Source of the DNA: an uncultured delta proteobacterium
GTDB taxonomy: Bacteria > Desulfobacterota > Syntrophia > Syntrophales > Fen-1087
Assembly (NCBI GenBank): GCA_963743175.1
Contig: CAVUOQ010000012.1
Location: forward strand, 257,323-321,322
DNA length: 64,000 bases
Direction: 5' to 3'
The notes beneath the pieces were generated by a model. The model was not told the origin of the DNA and made no database searches. It was given only the letters and a program-made list of their open reading frames with translations. This document shows positions 38,907 to 48,603 of the stretch, in pieces. Position 1 is the stretch's first letter; the number at the start of each line of letters is the position of its first letter. Position numbers and translations under genes: made by a program.

Positions 38907-40487
38907 TCAGTCAATCTGCCGGGCGGCCCGCATGCCGTCAAGCACTGAACTGATGATGCCGCCCGCGTAGCCAGACCCTTCCCCGCAGGGGTAGAGTCCC
39001 GCCATGTTCACGCTCTGGCCGTCCGGCCCCCTTGAGATCCTCACCGGCGAGGATGTCCGGGTTTCAACGCCGATCAGGTGCGCCTCGGCGGAAGCGAAGC
39101 CCGGCATTTTCTGCTCGAAGAGCCGGAACCCTTTTTTGAGCGCTTCCGCAACAAAACCGGGCAGGGTCTCCCGCAATGAAGCCGCCCGGACATCGGGCCG
39201 AAAACTGGTTGGTCCGACCATGCCGCTGTTGGTGTCGTTCAGAAAATCCACCAGCCGCTGGGCCGGGGCATGGTAATTTCCGCCCCCGCAGACAAAGGCC
39301 CGCTCTTCCCACTGCCTGCGAAAGATCAGTCCTGCCAGCGGCGCGTCGCCGCCAAAATCATCCACGCGGACATTGACGACCACCGCACTGTTGGCATAGG
39401 GGCCGTCCCGCCGGGAGACGCTCATCCCGTTCGTCACGACCCCTCCGGCCGACGCGCTGCACCCGATGATCTGGCCGCCGGGACACATGCAGAAGCTGTA
39501 AACGGATCGGTTCATGTCCTCGATCCTTGCCGTCAGAAAATAATCCGCCGGCGGCAATTCCGGATGTCGATGCCATTTTCCGTACTGGATTTCATTGATA
39601 AGCTCCTGGGGATGTTCCACGCGCAGGCCCATCGCGAAGGGCTTGGGTTCCAGCCGGACGCCCCTTTCGTGCAGCTTCTGATACGTATCGTCGGCGCTCT
39701 GACCGATCGCAAGGATCACGCGCTCCGTCCGAATTTCCTCATGCTCATTGATCACGACGCCGCCGATGCGGTTCCGGTCCATCAAGAAATCGGTTACCCT
39801 GGCCTCAAACCTGATTTCAGCGCCGAGCTCGACGAGTTTTTCTCTCATACGGACGACCACCGCGCGCAGCCTGTCTGTCCCGATATGGGGCCGGGCGTCC
39901 GTCAGGATGTCGGCAGGGGCGCCCAGTTCCACCAGTATGCTTTTAACCCGGGCGGTCAAGGGATTTTTGACCCGGGACGTGAGCTTTCCATCGGAAAAGG
40001 TTCCCGCGCCGCCCTCGCCGAAATGGACGTGACTTTCGGGATTCAGCCGGCCTTCCTCCCAGAAGCGGTTCACGTCAGGCACGCGCTGGGCCACGCTCTT
40101 ACCCCGTTCCAGCAGAAGCGGCGGCATGCCGCTTTCAGCCAGCGTCAATGCTGCAAAAAGACCCGCCGGGCCACAGCCGACCACAACCGGCCTAATCCCG
40201 GATTTCAAATGAACCTTTGGAAAAGACGGTCCCCTGCTTTCCTGTATTCGCCTGATCGTCACGCCTTTGAAAGGTTTTTCCGTCCACGAGGCCTCATCGG
40301 GCAGCGAAACCTCAACCACATAAATAAAACAGGGCGGCCGGCGGCGCCGGGCGTCGATGGACCTTCGGATGACGCGCAAGGATTCGATGCTCTCAGGCGG
40401 CACGCCGAGGATTGCAGCGGCTTTTCCCGGAAGGACACCCTCGCCCTCACCGAGCGAAACTGCTATGCCCGATATTTCCAATACCAT
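38907..40487 (-). CDS. FAD-dependent oxidoreductase (COG2509-like)
   Basis: Dinucleotide motif VVVGCGPAGLFAAL. 526 aa. Confidence 0.8.
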   Translation of the reverse strand: MVLEISGIAVSLGEGEGVLPGKAAAILGVPPESIESLRVIRRSIDARRRRPPCFIYVVEVSLPDEASWTEKPFKGVTIRRIQESRGPSFPKVHLKSGIRPVVVGCGPAGLFAALTLAESGMPPLLLERGKSVAQRVPDVNRFWEEGRLNPESHVHFGEGGAGTFSDGKLTSRVKNPLTARVKSILVELGAPADILTDARPHIGTDRLRAVVVRMREKLVELGAEIRFEARVTDFLMDRNRIGGVVINEHEEIRTERVILAIGQSADDTYQKLHERGVRLEPKPFAMGLRVEHPQELINEIQYGKWHRHPELPPADYFLTARIEDMNRSVYSFCMCPGGQIIGCSASAGGVVTNGMSVSRRDGPYANSAVVVNVRVDDFGGDAPLAGLIFRRQWEERAFVCGGGNYHAPAQRLVDFLNDTNSGMVGPTSFRPDVRAASLRETLPGFVAEALKKGFRLFEQKMPGFASAEAHLIGVETRTSSPVRISRGPDGQSVNMAGLYPCGEGSGYAGGIISSVLDGMRAARQID

Positions 40488-40527
40488 TTCAAATCCTTAT
40501 TGAAAAAAAATGGCCCTTGATATAGAC

Positions 40528-40658
40528 GAGAGCTGTGAATTACTCCTGAAATTCGGCAAATCGTCATTCCTGCGAAAGCAGGAATCCAGTCTTTTCAAGA
40601 CCTTTTGGATTCCCGCCTACGCGGGAATGACAAAGTGAGGGTATTTTTTAAAGCTCTC
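40528..40658. repeat. palindromic intergenic repeat, family 3 (single copy here)
   Basis: GAGAGC...TCGTCATTCCTGCGAAAGCAGGAATCC...GGATTCCCGCCTACGCGGGAATGACA...GCTCTC. Two internal hairpins and complementary ends. Confidence 0.6.
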
Positions 40659-40688
40659 ATCATATAAATTAAAAAAACAGGAAAATCA

Positions 40689-41192
40689 ATGCCCTGGTAT
40701 GCCGTCCACACAAGAAGCCGCCACGAGGACCGATCCTGCGAGCTGCTCCTGCAGAAATCCATTCATGCCTTCTTACCGAAGATGGAGGTCTGGAGCAAGC
40801 GGAAAGACAGGCGCAAGAAGATCATGATCCCCATGTTTCCGGGATACCTGTTTGTGGAAACGGCGATCCTCGATAATTACATCAGGCTTGAAATTCTCAA
40901 AACCTTCGGCGTCGTCCAGATCCTTGGAAAAGCAAGGGGGGCCGAACCGATTCCTGTGCCGGACGAGAAGATCGATGCGATTCGGCGCATCATTGAATCC
41001 CGGGTCGAAGTCCAGCAACTGCAATATCCGAAAGTCGGCGAGCCTGCGCGCATCATGGACGGCCCGTTCAAGGGCGTCGAGGGGCTTGTGATCAGCACGG
41101 ACTACGCCAGGGAACTGTTTGTCATCTCCATTGAACTGCTGCAGCGATCTGTGGCGATCAAGCTGGAGGGGTTCCAGATCGCCAGAATCTAA
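40689..41192 (+). CDS. NusG-paralogue transcription antiterminator (NGN + KOW; UpxY/LoaP/RfaH-like)
   Basis: MPWYAVHTRSRHE..MFPGYLFVE (NGN) and GEPARIMDGPFKGVEGLV (KOW). Confidence 0.85.
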   Translation: MPWYAVHTRSRHEDRSCELLLQKSIHAFLPKMEVWSKRKDRRKKIMIPMFPGYLFVETAILDNYIRLEILKTFGVVQILGKARGAEPIPVPDEKIDAIRRIIESRVEVQQLQYPKVGEPARIMDGPFKGVEGLVISTDYARELFVISIELLQRSVAIKLEGFQIARI

Positions 41193-41234
41193 ATTTATAC
41201 TTGACATTCTGCATGATTTGCGCAAGAAGGGCCG

Positions 41235-41262
41235 GGCGGGTCTCAAAACCCGCCTGTTTTTT
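41235..41262 (+). terminator. candidate intrinsic terminator between the NusG paralogue and the OFOR operon
   Basis: GGCGGG-TCTCAAAA-CCCGCC followed by TGTTTTTT. The stem is short (6 bp). Confidence 0.4.
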
Positions 41263-41269
41263 AAAAGGA

Positions 41270-41494
41270 ATGACAACCCCATTGAAAAAAGGCCGTATCA
41301 CAATCGACTTCGAACGCTGCAAGGAATGCCACCTTTGCATTTATGCCTGTAAAAACGGGCATATCCAGCCCGCCAATGATTACAATTCCAAGGGCTACCG
41401 CCCCGTCGTTTTTTGCGGAGGCGAAGATTGCACGGGCTGCACGCTGTGCGCCATCACCTGCCCGGAAATCGCCATCGAGGTTTACCGTGAATAA
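41270..41494 (+). CDS. 2-oxoacid:ferredoxin oxidoreductase delta subunit (2x[4Fe-4S] ferredoxin)
   Basis: CKECHLCIYAC and CTGCTLCAITCP. Start at ATG 41270 after the RBS AAAGGA. Confidence 0.85.
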   Translation: MTTPLKKGRITIDFERCKECHLCIYACKNGHIQPANDYNSKGYRPVVFCGGEDCTGCTLCAITCPEIAIEVYRE

Positions 41495-42560
41495 GATCCT
41501 GATGCAGGGCAACCGGGTCATCGGCGAGGCGGCCATCCGGGCAGGATGCCGCTTTTACGCCGGATACCCCATTACGCCCCAGAATGAGCTCACGGAATAT
41601 ATGGCCGAAAATCTCCGCAAAGTGGAGGGGGGCACCTTCATCCAGGCGGAAAGTGAAATCGCCGCGATCAACATGGTCCTGGGGGCTTCCGCTGCCGGCG
41701 CCCGGGCCATGACGTCCTCTTCCAGCCCCGGCATTTCCCTCAAACAGGAAGGCATCTCCGCGATGGCCGCCGACGAGCTTCCCGCCGTCATCGTCAATAT
41801 CATGCGGGGCAGCCCCGGCCTCGGGAATATCCTGCCCTCACAGGGGGATTACTTTCAGGCCACCCGGGGTGGCGGACACGGGGACTACCGCACGATGGTC
41901 CTGGCGCCCGCCTCCGTGCAGGAATTGGCCGACCTCACGATGGACGCCTTTGATCTGGCCGATCGCTATCGCAACCCGGTCATGATTCTGGCGGATGCCA
42001 TGATCGGACAGATGATGGAACCTCTCGTCTTCCGGAAGCCGCAACAACGCCAGTATGACGATTCCTATATGCTCAAGGGTGCTGGTCAGGGCCGGAGCCG
42101 GTTCATCCGGGGCCTCATTCTGGACGCCATCCGCATGGAAGAGCACAACTGGAAGCTCTATCGAAAATATCAGGTCATCACCAACAAGGAAATCCGGTAC
42201 GAAACATTCAAAACAGATGACGCCGACGTGTTGATCGTGGCTTACGGCACGGCCGCCAGGATTGCGAAGGGCGCCATTAAACGCTGCCGGGAAATGGGCA
42301 TCCGGGTTGGACTGATCCGCCCCATCACGCTCTGGCCTTATCCGGCCGAGGTGATCAAGCGTTTTTCTGAAAAGGTCGAAACCTTCATTGTCTTTGAAAT
42401 GAGCACCGGCCAGATGCTGGAAGATGTCCGGCTGGCGCTGGGCGGCGCCGGGACCATCCACTTTTACGGAAGGCCCGGCGGGGTGATTCCGACACCGGTG
42501 GAACTGGCCAGATTCATTGAACACCATACAAAGAATTCATGGGACCGCGGATCACAGTAA
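41487..42560 (+). CDS. 2-oxoacid:ferredoxin oxidoreductase alpha subunit
   Basis: [27 protein letters not shown]. The GTG at 41487 overlaps the delta stop (alternative start ATG 41502). Confidence 0.9.
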   Translation: MNKILMQGNRVIGEAAIRAGCRFYAGYPITPQNELTEYMAENLRKVEGGTFIQAESEIAAINMVLGASAAGARAMTSSSSPGISLKQEGISAMAADELPAVIVNIMRGSPGLGNILPSQGDYFQATRGGGHGDYRTMVLAPASVQELADLTMDAFDLADRYRNPVMILADAMIGQMMEPLVFRKPQQRQYDDSYMLKGAGQGRSRFIRGLILDAIRMEEHNWKLYRKYQVITNKEIRYETFKTDDADVLIVAYGTAARIAKGAIKRCREMGIRVGLIRPITLWPYPAEVIKRFSEKVETFIVFEMSTGQMLEDVRLALGGAGTIHFYGRPGGVIPTPVELARFIEHHTKNSWDRGSQ

Positions 42561-42567
42561 GGACGCG

Positions 42568-43318
42568 ATGATGAAAAAGATTTTTGGCAGACCGCAATAC
42601 CTGAAGGACAGCATATTCCATTACTGCGCCGGCTGCGGGCACAGCATTGCCCACCGCCTCATTGCGGAAGTCATTGAAGAGCTCAATATCCGGGGCCGGA
42701 CGATCGGGGTACCGCCCGCCGGATGCGCCGTCCTCGCCTATAACTATTTTGATATCGACATGCTGGAGGCTATGCACGGTCGGGGATGCGCAACAGCAAC
42801 GGGTATCAAGCGAACCTTGCCGGACCGGATCGTTTTTTCCTACCAGGGGGACGGCGACCTGGCAGCCATCGGCACGGCCGAGACCTTTCATGCCGCCAAC
42901 CGCGGCGAAAACATCACGGTTTTTTTCATTAACAACGCCGTTTACGGCATGACGGGCGGACAGATGGCGCCCACCACGCTGCTGGGACAGTTCTCGACTA
43001 CCTCTGCCACCTGCAAGAAACGCCATCCTGGATGGGCACCCGATCCGCATGAGCGAGATCCTCTCCCACCTTGAGGGAACCAAATACATCGAGCGTTGTG
43101 CCGTCAACACGCCGTCCAATATCCTCAAGGCCAAGCGGGCCATTAAAAAGGCATTCCAGTATCAGATGGATGACGTGGGTTTCACGCTGGTTGAATTACT
43201 GTCGCAATGCCCCACCAACTGGAAGATGACGCCCATCGATGCCTGTCGCTGGGTCGATGAGACCATGGCCAGGACGTTTCCCCTCGGCGTCATAAAAGAT
43301 ATCAGGACAAAGGGTTGA
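42568..43318 (+). pseudogene. 2-oxoacid:ferredoxin oxidoreductase beta (TPP) subunit, split by one frameshift (possibly a sequence error)
   Basis: ORF 42517..43074 (..[23 protein letters not shown]) and ORF 43049..43318 ([17 protein letters not shown]) are the N- and C-parts. The frames meet near the AAGAAAC at about 43015-43025. Confidence 0.85.
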
Positions 43319-43869
43319 TGGCCATGATCCATAAAACGATATTTGCCGGCTTCGGGGGACAGGGCGTGCTCATGATGGGCTACAGTTATGCCCATGCCGC
43401 CATGCATGAAGGCTATCATGTCACCTATCTGCCGTCCTACGGGGCGGAAATGCGCGGCGGCACGGCCAATTGCACCGTCGCCGTTGCCGATGACGAAATC
43501 GCCTCTCCGATCGCTTCGGAGCCGGATTTCCTGGTGGTCATGAACAACCCGTCGCTCTATACGTTTCAAAACCGCATTGCCCCGAACGGCGCCTTTTTCC
43601 TGAACGCATCCATCATCGAGGCGCGGCCCAGCCGGACGGATGTTCGGATTCATGAAATCCCGGCCGGCGAAATCGCCGATGGTCTCGGCCATTCCCGCGT
43701 TCAGAATATCGTGATGATGGGCGCCTATGTCTGCAAGACGGGGCTCGTGTCGGCAGAAACCTACTTAAAAAGCCTGAAGACCATCATCGGAGAAAAGAAG
43801 AAATCCCTGTTAGAGATGAACCGGAACGCCTTCACTGCCGGTTATGACTTCGCTGGAGGAACAGACTGA
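43318..43869 (+). CDS. 2-oxoacid:ferredoxin oxidoreductase gamma subunit
   Basis: FAGFGGQGVLMMG...SYGAEMRGGTANC. ATGA overlap with the beta stop. Confidence 0.9.
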   Translation: MAMIHKTIFAGFGGQGVLMMGYSYAHAAMHEGYHVTYLPSYGAEMRGGTANCTVAVADDEIASPIASEPDFLVVMNNPSLYTFQNRIAPNGAFFLNASIIEARPSRTDVRIHEIPAGEIADGLGHSRVQNIVMMGAYVCKTGLVSAETYLKSLKTIIGEKKKSLLEMNRNAFTAGYDFAGGTD

Positions 43870-43871
43870 TC

Positions 43872-44300
43872 ATGGCGGTTCTGCAGATTTCCATACAACT
43901 GGACAATGTTCCCGGCGCCCTGACGAAGCTGATCGATATCCTGGATAAGGAAGGCATCAGCATGAAGGCAATATCGGCTGCCAGCACCGAGGAAGTCAGC
44001 ACCCTGCGTCTGGTCGTCAATGATCCCGAGAAGGCCGTCACGGTCCTGAAAAGCTTCAATTTCAAATACGCGATTTATCCGGTTATTGCCGTGGAGGTCC
44101 CCTGCCATCCCGGCGGCATGAACGCCGTCGTCAAGCCCCTGAGCGATGGCAGTGTCAACATCCACTACATCTACACGACCATCGAGAGGCTCGGCAAGGA
44201 AACCATCCTGATTCTGGGCGTCGACAAAATCGACGAGGCCACGGCCATCCTGAAGCAACACTGGATCAACTTTGTCGGCGACCGCATTTACACCCTGTAA
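43872..44300 (+). CDS. ACT-domain protein
   Basis: Two ACT-like halves (ISIQLDNVPGALTKLIDIL.., VEVPCHPGGMNAVVKPL..). Starts 3 nt after the gamma stop. Confidence 0.8.
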   Translation: MAVLQISIQLDNVPGALTKLIDILDKEGISMKAISAASTEEVSTLRLVVNDPEKAVTVLKSFNFKYAIYPVIAVEVPCHPGGMNAVVKPLSDGSVNIHYIYTTIERLGKETILILGVDKIDEATAILKQHWINFVGDRIYTL

Positions 44301-44330
44301 TTTATCGAACCGGTTTAGCGGGCCGCAACC

Positions 44331-44762
44331 ATGAGCCTGTTCAATATTTCCCCCGAGAAAGAAACCGCTCTTCAGGCGCGCATGGAACATCTGGGCGTCG
44401 CCGAAAGCGACCTGCGCGAGACCTTTATCCGCTCCTCCGGTCCCGGCGGCCAGAAGGTCAACAAAACCGCCTCCTGCGTCTATCTTGTTCATGTCCCCAC
44501 GGGGCTTTCCGTCAAATGCCAGCAGGAACGCTCACAGGCCCTGAACCGCTTTCTGGCCAGACGTCTGCTTCTGGACCGCATTGAGCGTATCCAGACCGGC
44601 CGGGTCAGCGCCGAAAAACAGCGGACTGAAAAGATCCGGCGTCAGAAGCGCCGCCGCTCCAAACGCGCACAGGAAAAGATCCTGCAGCAGAAACACATCC
44701 AGTCGGACAAGAAGTCCCTGCGCGCCAAGGTCACCCCATCCCCCATCCGAGAAGATTCGTGA
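44331..44762 (+). CDS. RF-1-domain protein (ArfB-like peptidyl-tRNA hydrolase) with basic C-tail
   Basis: SGPGGQKVNKT (GGQ motif) and the tail RRQKRRRSKRAQEK. Confidence 0.85.
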   Translation: MSLFNISPEKETALQARMEHLGVAESDLRETFIRSSGPGGQKVNKTASCVYLVHVPTGLSVKCQQERSQALNRFLARRLLLDRIERIQTGRVSAEKQRTEKIRRQKRRRSKRAQEKILQQKHIQSDKKSLRAKVTPSPIREDS

Positions 44763-44830
44763 TAAGTTCACCGGCGGGGAGAGGGTTTATGATTCTTTAT
44801 TAGGCAAACGATGCCAACAGAGGGGATGTT

Positions 44831-45457
44831 ATGCGTAAACCATTACAACAGGGAGAGATGGATGGACTTTGTGGTATATATGCACTCGTCAATGCTATCC
44901 GTCGTCTTGCAGGAAAAAGATTGTCTGAGGAGGATGGAACTGATTTGTTCAAGGAACTGATCAGATCTATTTACAAACGGACTAATCGGAAACGTAAGAA
45001 AAAACCCAAAACACCTGTTGAATTTATCTGGGATGGGACAAGCACCCGAGAAATCTCATATATGCTAAATAAATCGAAGGAATTTCTGAAAGATAGAAAT
45101 CTCCATCTCGATTGGAAGAAACCGTTACAGGGCAGAAGCCGACCCAATAATATCGATCAATACTGGAAACGATTACAGGAGGCATTCCAAGAGTACGGTG
45201 GACAAGGTCAGTGTGTAGCAATCGTTGATTATAACTGGCAAATTAACAATAGTGAAAAAGATGGGCACTGGACGTGTGTAACAAACGTTACCGAAAAAAT
45301 CTTATTTCTTCATGACTCGTTTATAAAACGCGGCATCAAGTTCAAGAAAATGTATAAATCACGATGCACTCTCGGGAATCCTACTTCAGGCAGACCGCAT
45401 CGGCTGTTTGCCCACAATGTATTTCTGTTACGATTTAATGGCACCGACTTAAATTGA
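44831..45457 (+). CDS. hypothetical protein, possible papain-fold cysteine peptidase
   Basis: AT-rich gene with RBS GAGGGGA. The ordered motifs Q..(6)..C (QQGEMDGLCGIYALVNA), H (DGHWTCV) and D (FLHDS) appear in Q-C-H-D order. Confidence 0.6.
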   Translation: MRKPLQQGEMDGLCGIYALVNAIRRLAGKRLSEEDGTDLFKELIRSIYKRTNRKRKKKPKTPVEFIWDGTSTREISYMLNKSKEFLKDRNLHLDWKKPLQGRSRPNNIDQYWKRLQEAFQEYGGQGQCVAIVDYNWQINNSEKDGHWTCVTNVTEKILFLHDSFIKRGIKFKKMYKSRCTLGNPTSGRPHRLFAHNVFLLRFNGTDLN

Positions 45458-46028
45458 ATAATTCTATGGAAGCTGCCCCATTTTCAAACCGGATGATCGT
45501 TCTGGAAGCCGTATCGACACAGACCTTTCTGAACTGTGACAGGCTGACATTTTTGATCTTGCAGAGGATGGCGGCAATGGTGAAGTTATGGGAAACGACC
45601 AGGGCGCTCCCGGATTTAGCGACGATGCCTTCGATGACCTTCCATGCCCGATCCTGCAGTTCGATGAACGATTCACCATTGGGCATCTGCACGGAGGCGG
45701 GATCCGACATCCATTTCTGCAGAAAATCCTTCTCACAGGCCATGAGCTCCTGAAAAGTCAGACCTTCGAAATCGCCTTGGTCCATTTCCATCAAGCCCGG
45801 CTCGATGTAGAGGGGCGCATGGTGGTACTCGTTGATGATCCGGGCCGTCTTCTGAGCCCGGATCAGGGGACTGGAGTAGATCGAAAGGATGGAGGCATCC
45901 CTCAGGGACAGGGCAAGCTGCCGGGCCTGCTGCACGCCGACATCGCTCAAATCGATATCGCTGAAACCCTGGACCCTGCCCTCTCTGTTCCAGATGGTCT
46001 CACCGTGCCGGACGAGAATCAGTTCCAC
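45435..46028 (-). CDS. histidine phosphatase (phosphoglycerate mutase-like) family protein
   Basis: LVRHGET.WN...QG motif. Confidence 0.85.
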   Translation of the reverse strand: MELILVRHGETIWNREGRVQGFSDIDLSDVGVQQARQLALSLRDASILSIYSSPLIRAQKTARIINEYHHAPLYIEPGLMEMDQGDFEGLTFQELMACEKDFLQKWMSDPASVQMPNGESFIELQDRAWKVIEGIVAKSGSALVVSHNFTIAAILCKIKNVSLSQFRKVCVDTASRTIIRFENGAASIELFNLSRCH

Positions 46029-46718
46029 CTAAAAACCCAGAAGGGCCGGAAGATCCGCGAGGGATTTGATTTCCACATCCGGTTGCGACGGCATTCGCTC
46101 CCGGCGCTGGCCGAAGCGATTAATCCAGGCGACATGCAGGCCGGCATTGGCGGCTCCCACGGCATCCCAGGCATTGGCGGACAGAAAAACAATCTGTTTC
46201 GCCTTTAGCTTCAGCCGTTTTGTGGCCAGACGATAGACACGGGGATCCGGTTTGTAGATGCCGACTTCCTCCACGGACAACAGCGGATCAATGAGTTTCT
46301 TAAGGCCGCTGCTTTTGACGGCCGCCTCGAGCATGGCCGGCGTGCCGTTGGACAGAATGGCAAGCTGTATTCCGTGCTTCTTCAGCGTGTTCAGGGTGGC
46401 TTTGACATCGGGATAACAATCGAGCTTCAGATAGGTATTGATCAGATCATTGCGCAATTTCCGGTCCGAGACCCCGAAGGCGTCGAGGGCGTAATCCAGA
46501 CCATCCTGCGTGACCTGCCAGAACGGCACGTAGCACCTCATCAGGCTTCGTTGCCAGGTGTACTCAAGCTGCTTGGTGCGCCACAGCGCGGAAACCTGAT
46601 CGGCGACGGCGCCCAGCCGTTCCCGGTGTTTTCCCACGGCGGAATTGAAATCGAACAGCGTGCCATAGGCGTCAAACACACAGGCCTTCACATTTTGAAA
46701 CACGAATTTTTCAGCCAT
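46029..46718 (-). CDS. haloacid dehalogenase type II (HAD superfamily)
   Basis: CVFDAYGTLFD, LEYTW, ILSNG and SANAWD. Confidence 0.85.
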   Translation of the reverse strand: MAEKFVFQNVKACVFDAYGTLFDFNSAVGKHRERLGAVADQVSALWRTKQLEYTWQRSLMRCYVPFWQVTQDGLDYALDAFGVSDRKLRNDLINTYLKLDCYPDVKATLNTLKKHGIQLAILSNGTPAMLEAAVKSSGLKKLIDPLLSVEEVGIYKPDPRVYRLATKRLKLKAKQIVFLSANAWDAVGAANAGLHVAWINRFGQRRERMPSQPDVEIKSLADLPALLGF

Positions 46719-46772
46719 TTTCCCCCTCCTTTCAAACTATTTTAAATATTTGTTTCGTGACGTCCCTGCCGC

Positions 46773-47429
46773 TCAATCAAGGGAGAGCATCCACTGGTAG
46801 ACCGGCGCCAGGTCTTTTGCGACCTGACCTTTCCGAGGGATCATAAAGATGAAGCACTTTTTTTGATCGGGAAGCAGTGCAATATGCCTGATGACTCCCG
46901 GATCGTCTATTTTATCAATGAGCTCCCTGAATCTCTCATACGTTTTTTTGCTCTTGTAGTACATATTGTAATCGTATTTTCCCCATTTTACGAATACCTT
47001 GTTGAACTGATCGGCGTTCACTATCTTTGCCGTCCTGGCCTCGGCATAGTCGGCCTCGATGATATGGCCCTCATCGCGCAGTTTTTCCTTGAAATGGAGC
47101 GCCATTAACAGCCTGTCGGACTTGTCGATGAGCAACGCAATGGGCAAATAGGGCAACAGTTGCCTCGGAAGAAATGTGAATCTTGCGTCAATCCGGGCAA
47201 GGGGGCTTTCTTTTTGCAGCGTGAAATCGGTATAATATTCTTTTGATCCTCCGATATTGCCATATTCTTTATGTTCCGGTTTGATAACCGCAGCCAGTTC
47301 TTCAAAGATAGCCAGAAACAGTTGTTTATTTTTTCGATTGCCCCAATAATAACCGATTGTTAGAACAGCACTGATCAGGGCAAGAACAAAGAAAACGGGC
47401 TGCTGTGAAACCTGCTCATGTCCAACCAT
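46773..47429 (-). CDS. hypothetical membrane-anchored protein
   Basis: One N-terminal TM (PVFFVLALISAVLTIGYYW). AT-rich. No family recognised. Confidence 0.6.
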   Translation of the reverse strand: MVGHEQVSQQPVFFVLALISAVLTIGYYWGNRKNKQLFLAIFEELAAVIKPEHKEYGNIGGSKEYYTDFTLQKESPLARIDARFTFLPRQLLPYLPIALLIDKSDRLLMALHFKEKLRDEGHIIEADYAEARTAKIVNADQFNKVFVKWGKYDYNMYYKSKKTYERFRELIDKIDDPGVIRHIALLPDQKKCFIFMIPRKGQVAKDLAPVYQWMLSLD

Positions 47430-47653
47430 TGTAAGACAACTCCTTCGGATCTCAGATTTTGAGGCCGGAATTTACCCTTCTTGAGATTTAATGTCAAATG
47501 TTCTTATTGCAGAGGTGGCTCGTCAGGACAGCGCAAGAAAAAAGGAGTCTCGCAAGGGGGACGCTAACTTGAAGATTGTCCCCCAGTCATGTCCATTGAC
47601 ACCCATAAAAAAGCATGTTAAACGGCGCAATCCTTTCATCTGATCCATCGAAT

Positions 47654-47730
47654 GCCCCCGTAGCTCAGTAGGATAGAGCAACGGATTCCTAATCCGTGTG
47701 CCGCGCGTTCGAATCGCGCCGGGGGTACCA
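47654..47730 (+). tRNA. tRNA-Arg (anticodon CCT), CCA encoded
   Basis: Hand-folded cloverleaf: acceptor GCCCCCG/CGGGGGT, D arm GCTC..GAGC, anticodon stem ACGGA/TCCGT with loop TTCCTAA, T arm GCGCG-TTCGAAT-CGCGC, discriminator A, CCA. Confidence 0.9.
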
Positions 47731-47738
47731 ATAAAAAT

Positions 47739-47769
47739 CAAGGGGTTAGGCAAATTGCTTAACCCCTTG
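47739..47769 (+). other. near-perfect 31-nt hairpin 8 nt after the tRNA
   Basis: CAAGGGGTTAGGCAA-A-TTGCTTAACCCCTTG. No T tract follows. Confidence 0.5.
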
Positions 47770-47844
47770 TGACCATGGAAAAGAAACGGAGCAAATCAGC
47801 CAAGCAAGGGCGCAGGGTTCGTAACTTGAGAAAGGAAGGAAAAG

Positions 47845-48603
47845 ATGAATAATCTTCTTGCCGGTAAAACAGCTATTATAACCGGCGCCAGTTCGGGTAT
47901 AGGGCGTGCCACAGCTTTGAATCTGGCACAGGCGGGCGCTGCTGTGGTGGTTCACGCCCGGCGTAAAGACCGGCTTGATGAACTGTCTTCCGAAATTGCT
48001 GCCCGAGGTGGCAAGGCTCTCGCTATAGCGGGTGACGCAGGGATGCAATCCGACATTGATTTACTCCTGGAGCGTGCCTTATCCTGGACTGGAGGCGGGT
48101 GCAGGTATGACATCGTCGTTGTCAATGCTGGCCGCGGACTTGCGGGTGGCATACTCAACAGTGAAGAATCTAAGTGGCAGGAGCTTTACCAAGTAAACGT
48201 TCTTGGTGCCACCCATCTGTTGCGTCAGGCGGGACGTCACATGGCTCAACAAAAAAGCGGTGATATTGTGGTTATCGGATCGGTAGTCGGAAGGCACATC
48301 TCGCCTTTCAGCGATTTTTATGGTTCAAGCAAATTCGCCATCGGCGCTATAGCAGAAGGTCTCCGCCGTGAAATCTGCCCACATGGCGTACGCGTCTCTT
48401 TGGTCATGCCCGGTATTGTACTCAGTGAATTCCAGGATATAGCTGGCTACAATGAGGAAAACTTCGGCAAGGGGATTGCTCAATTTGGCAAGTTGCTTGA
48501 ACCCCAAGCCATCGCTGACGGCATTCAATGGCTGCTTACTTTACCACCGCATGTCAATGTCAATGAAATCATGATCCGACCCACCGGTCAGAGCTACCCG
48601 TAA
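47845..48603 (+). CDS. SDR-family oxidoreductase
   Basis: TGASSGIGRA, NAG, and YGSSK. Confidence 0.9.
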   Translation: MNNLLAGKTAIITGASSGIGRATALNLAQAGAAVVVHARRKDRLDELSSEIAARGGKALAIAGDAGMQSDIDLLLERALSWTGGGCRYDIVVVNAGRGLAGGILNSEESKWQELYQVNVLGATHLLRQAGRHMAQQKSGDIVVIGSVVGRHISPFSDFYGSSKFAIGAIAEGLRREICPHGVRVSLVMPGIVLSEFQDIAGYNEENFGKGIAQFGKLLEPQAIADGIQWLLTLPPHVNVNEIMIRPTGQSYP

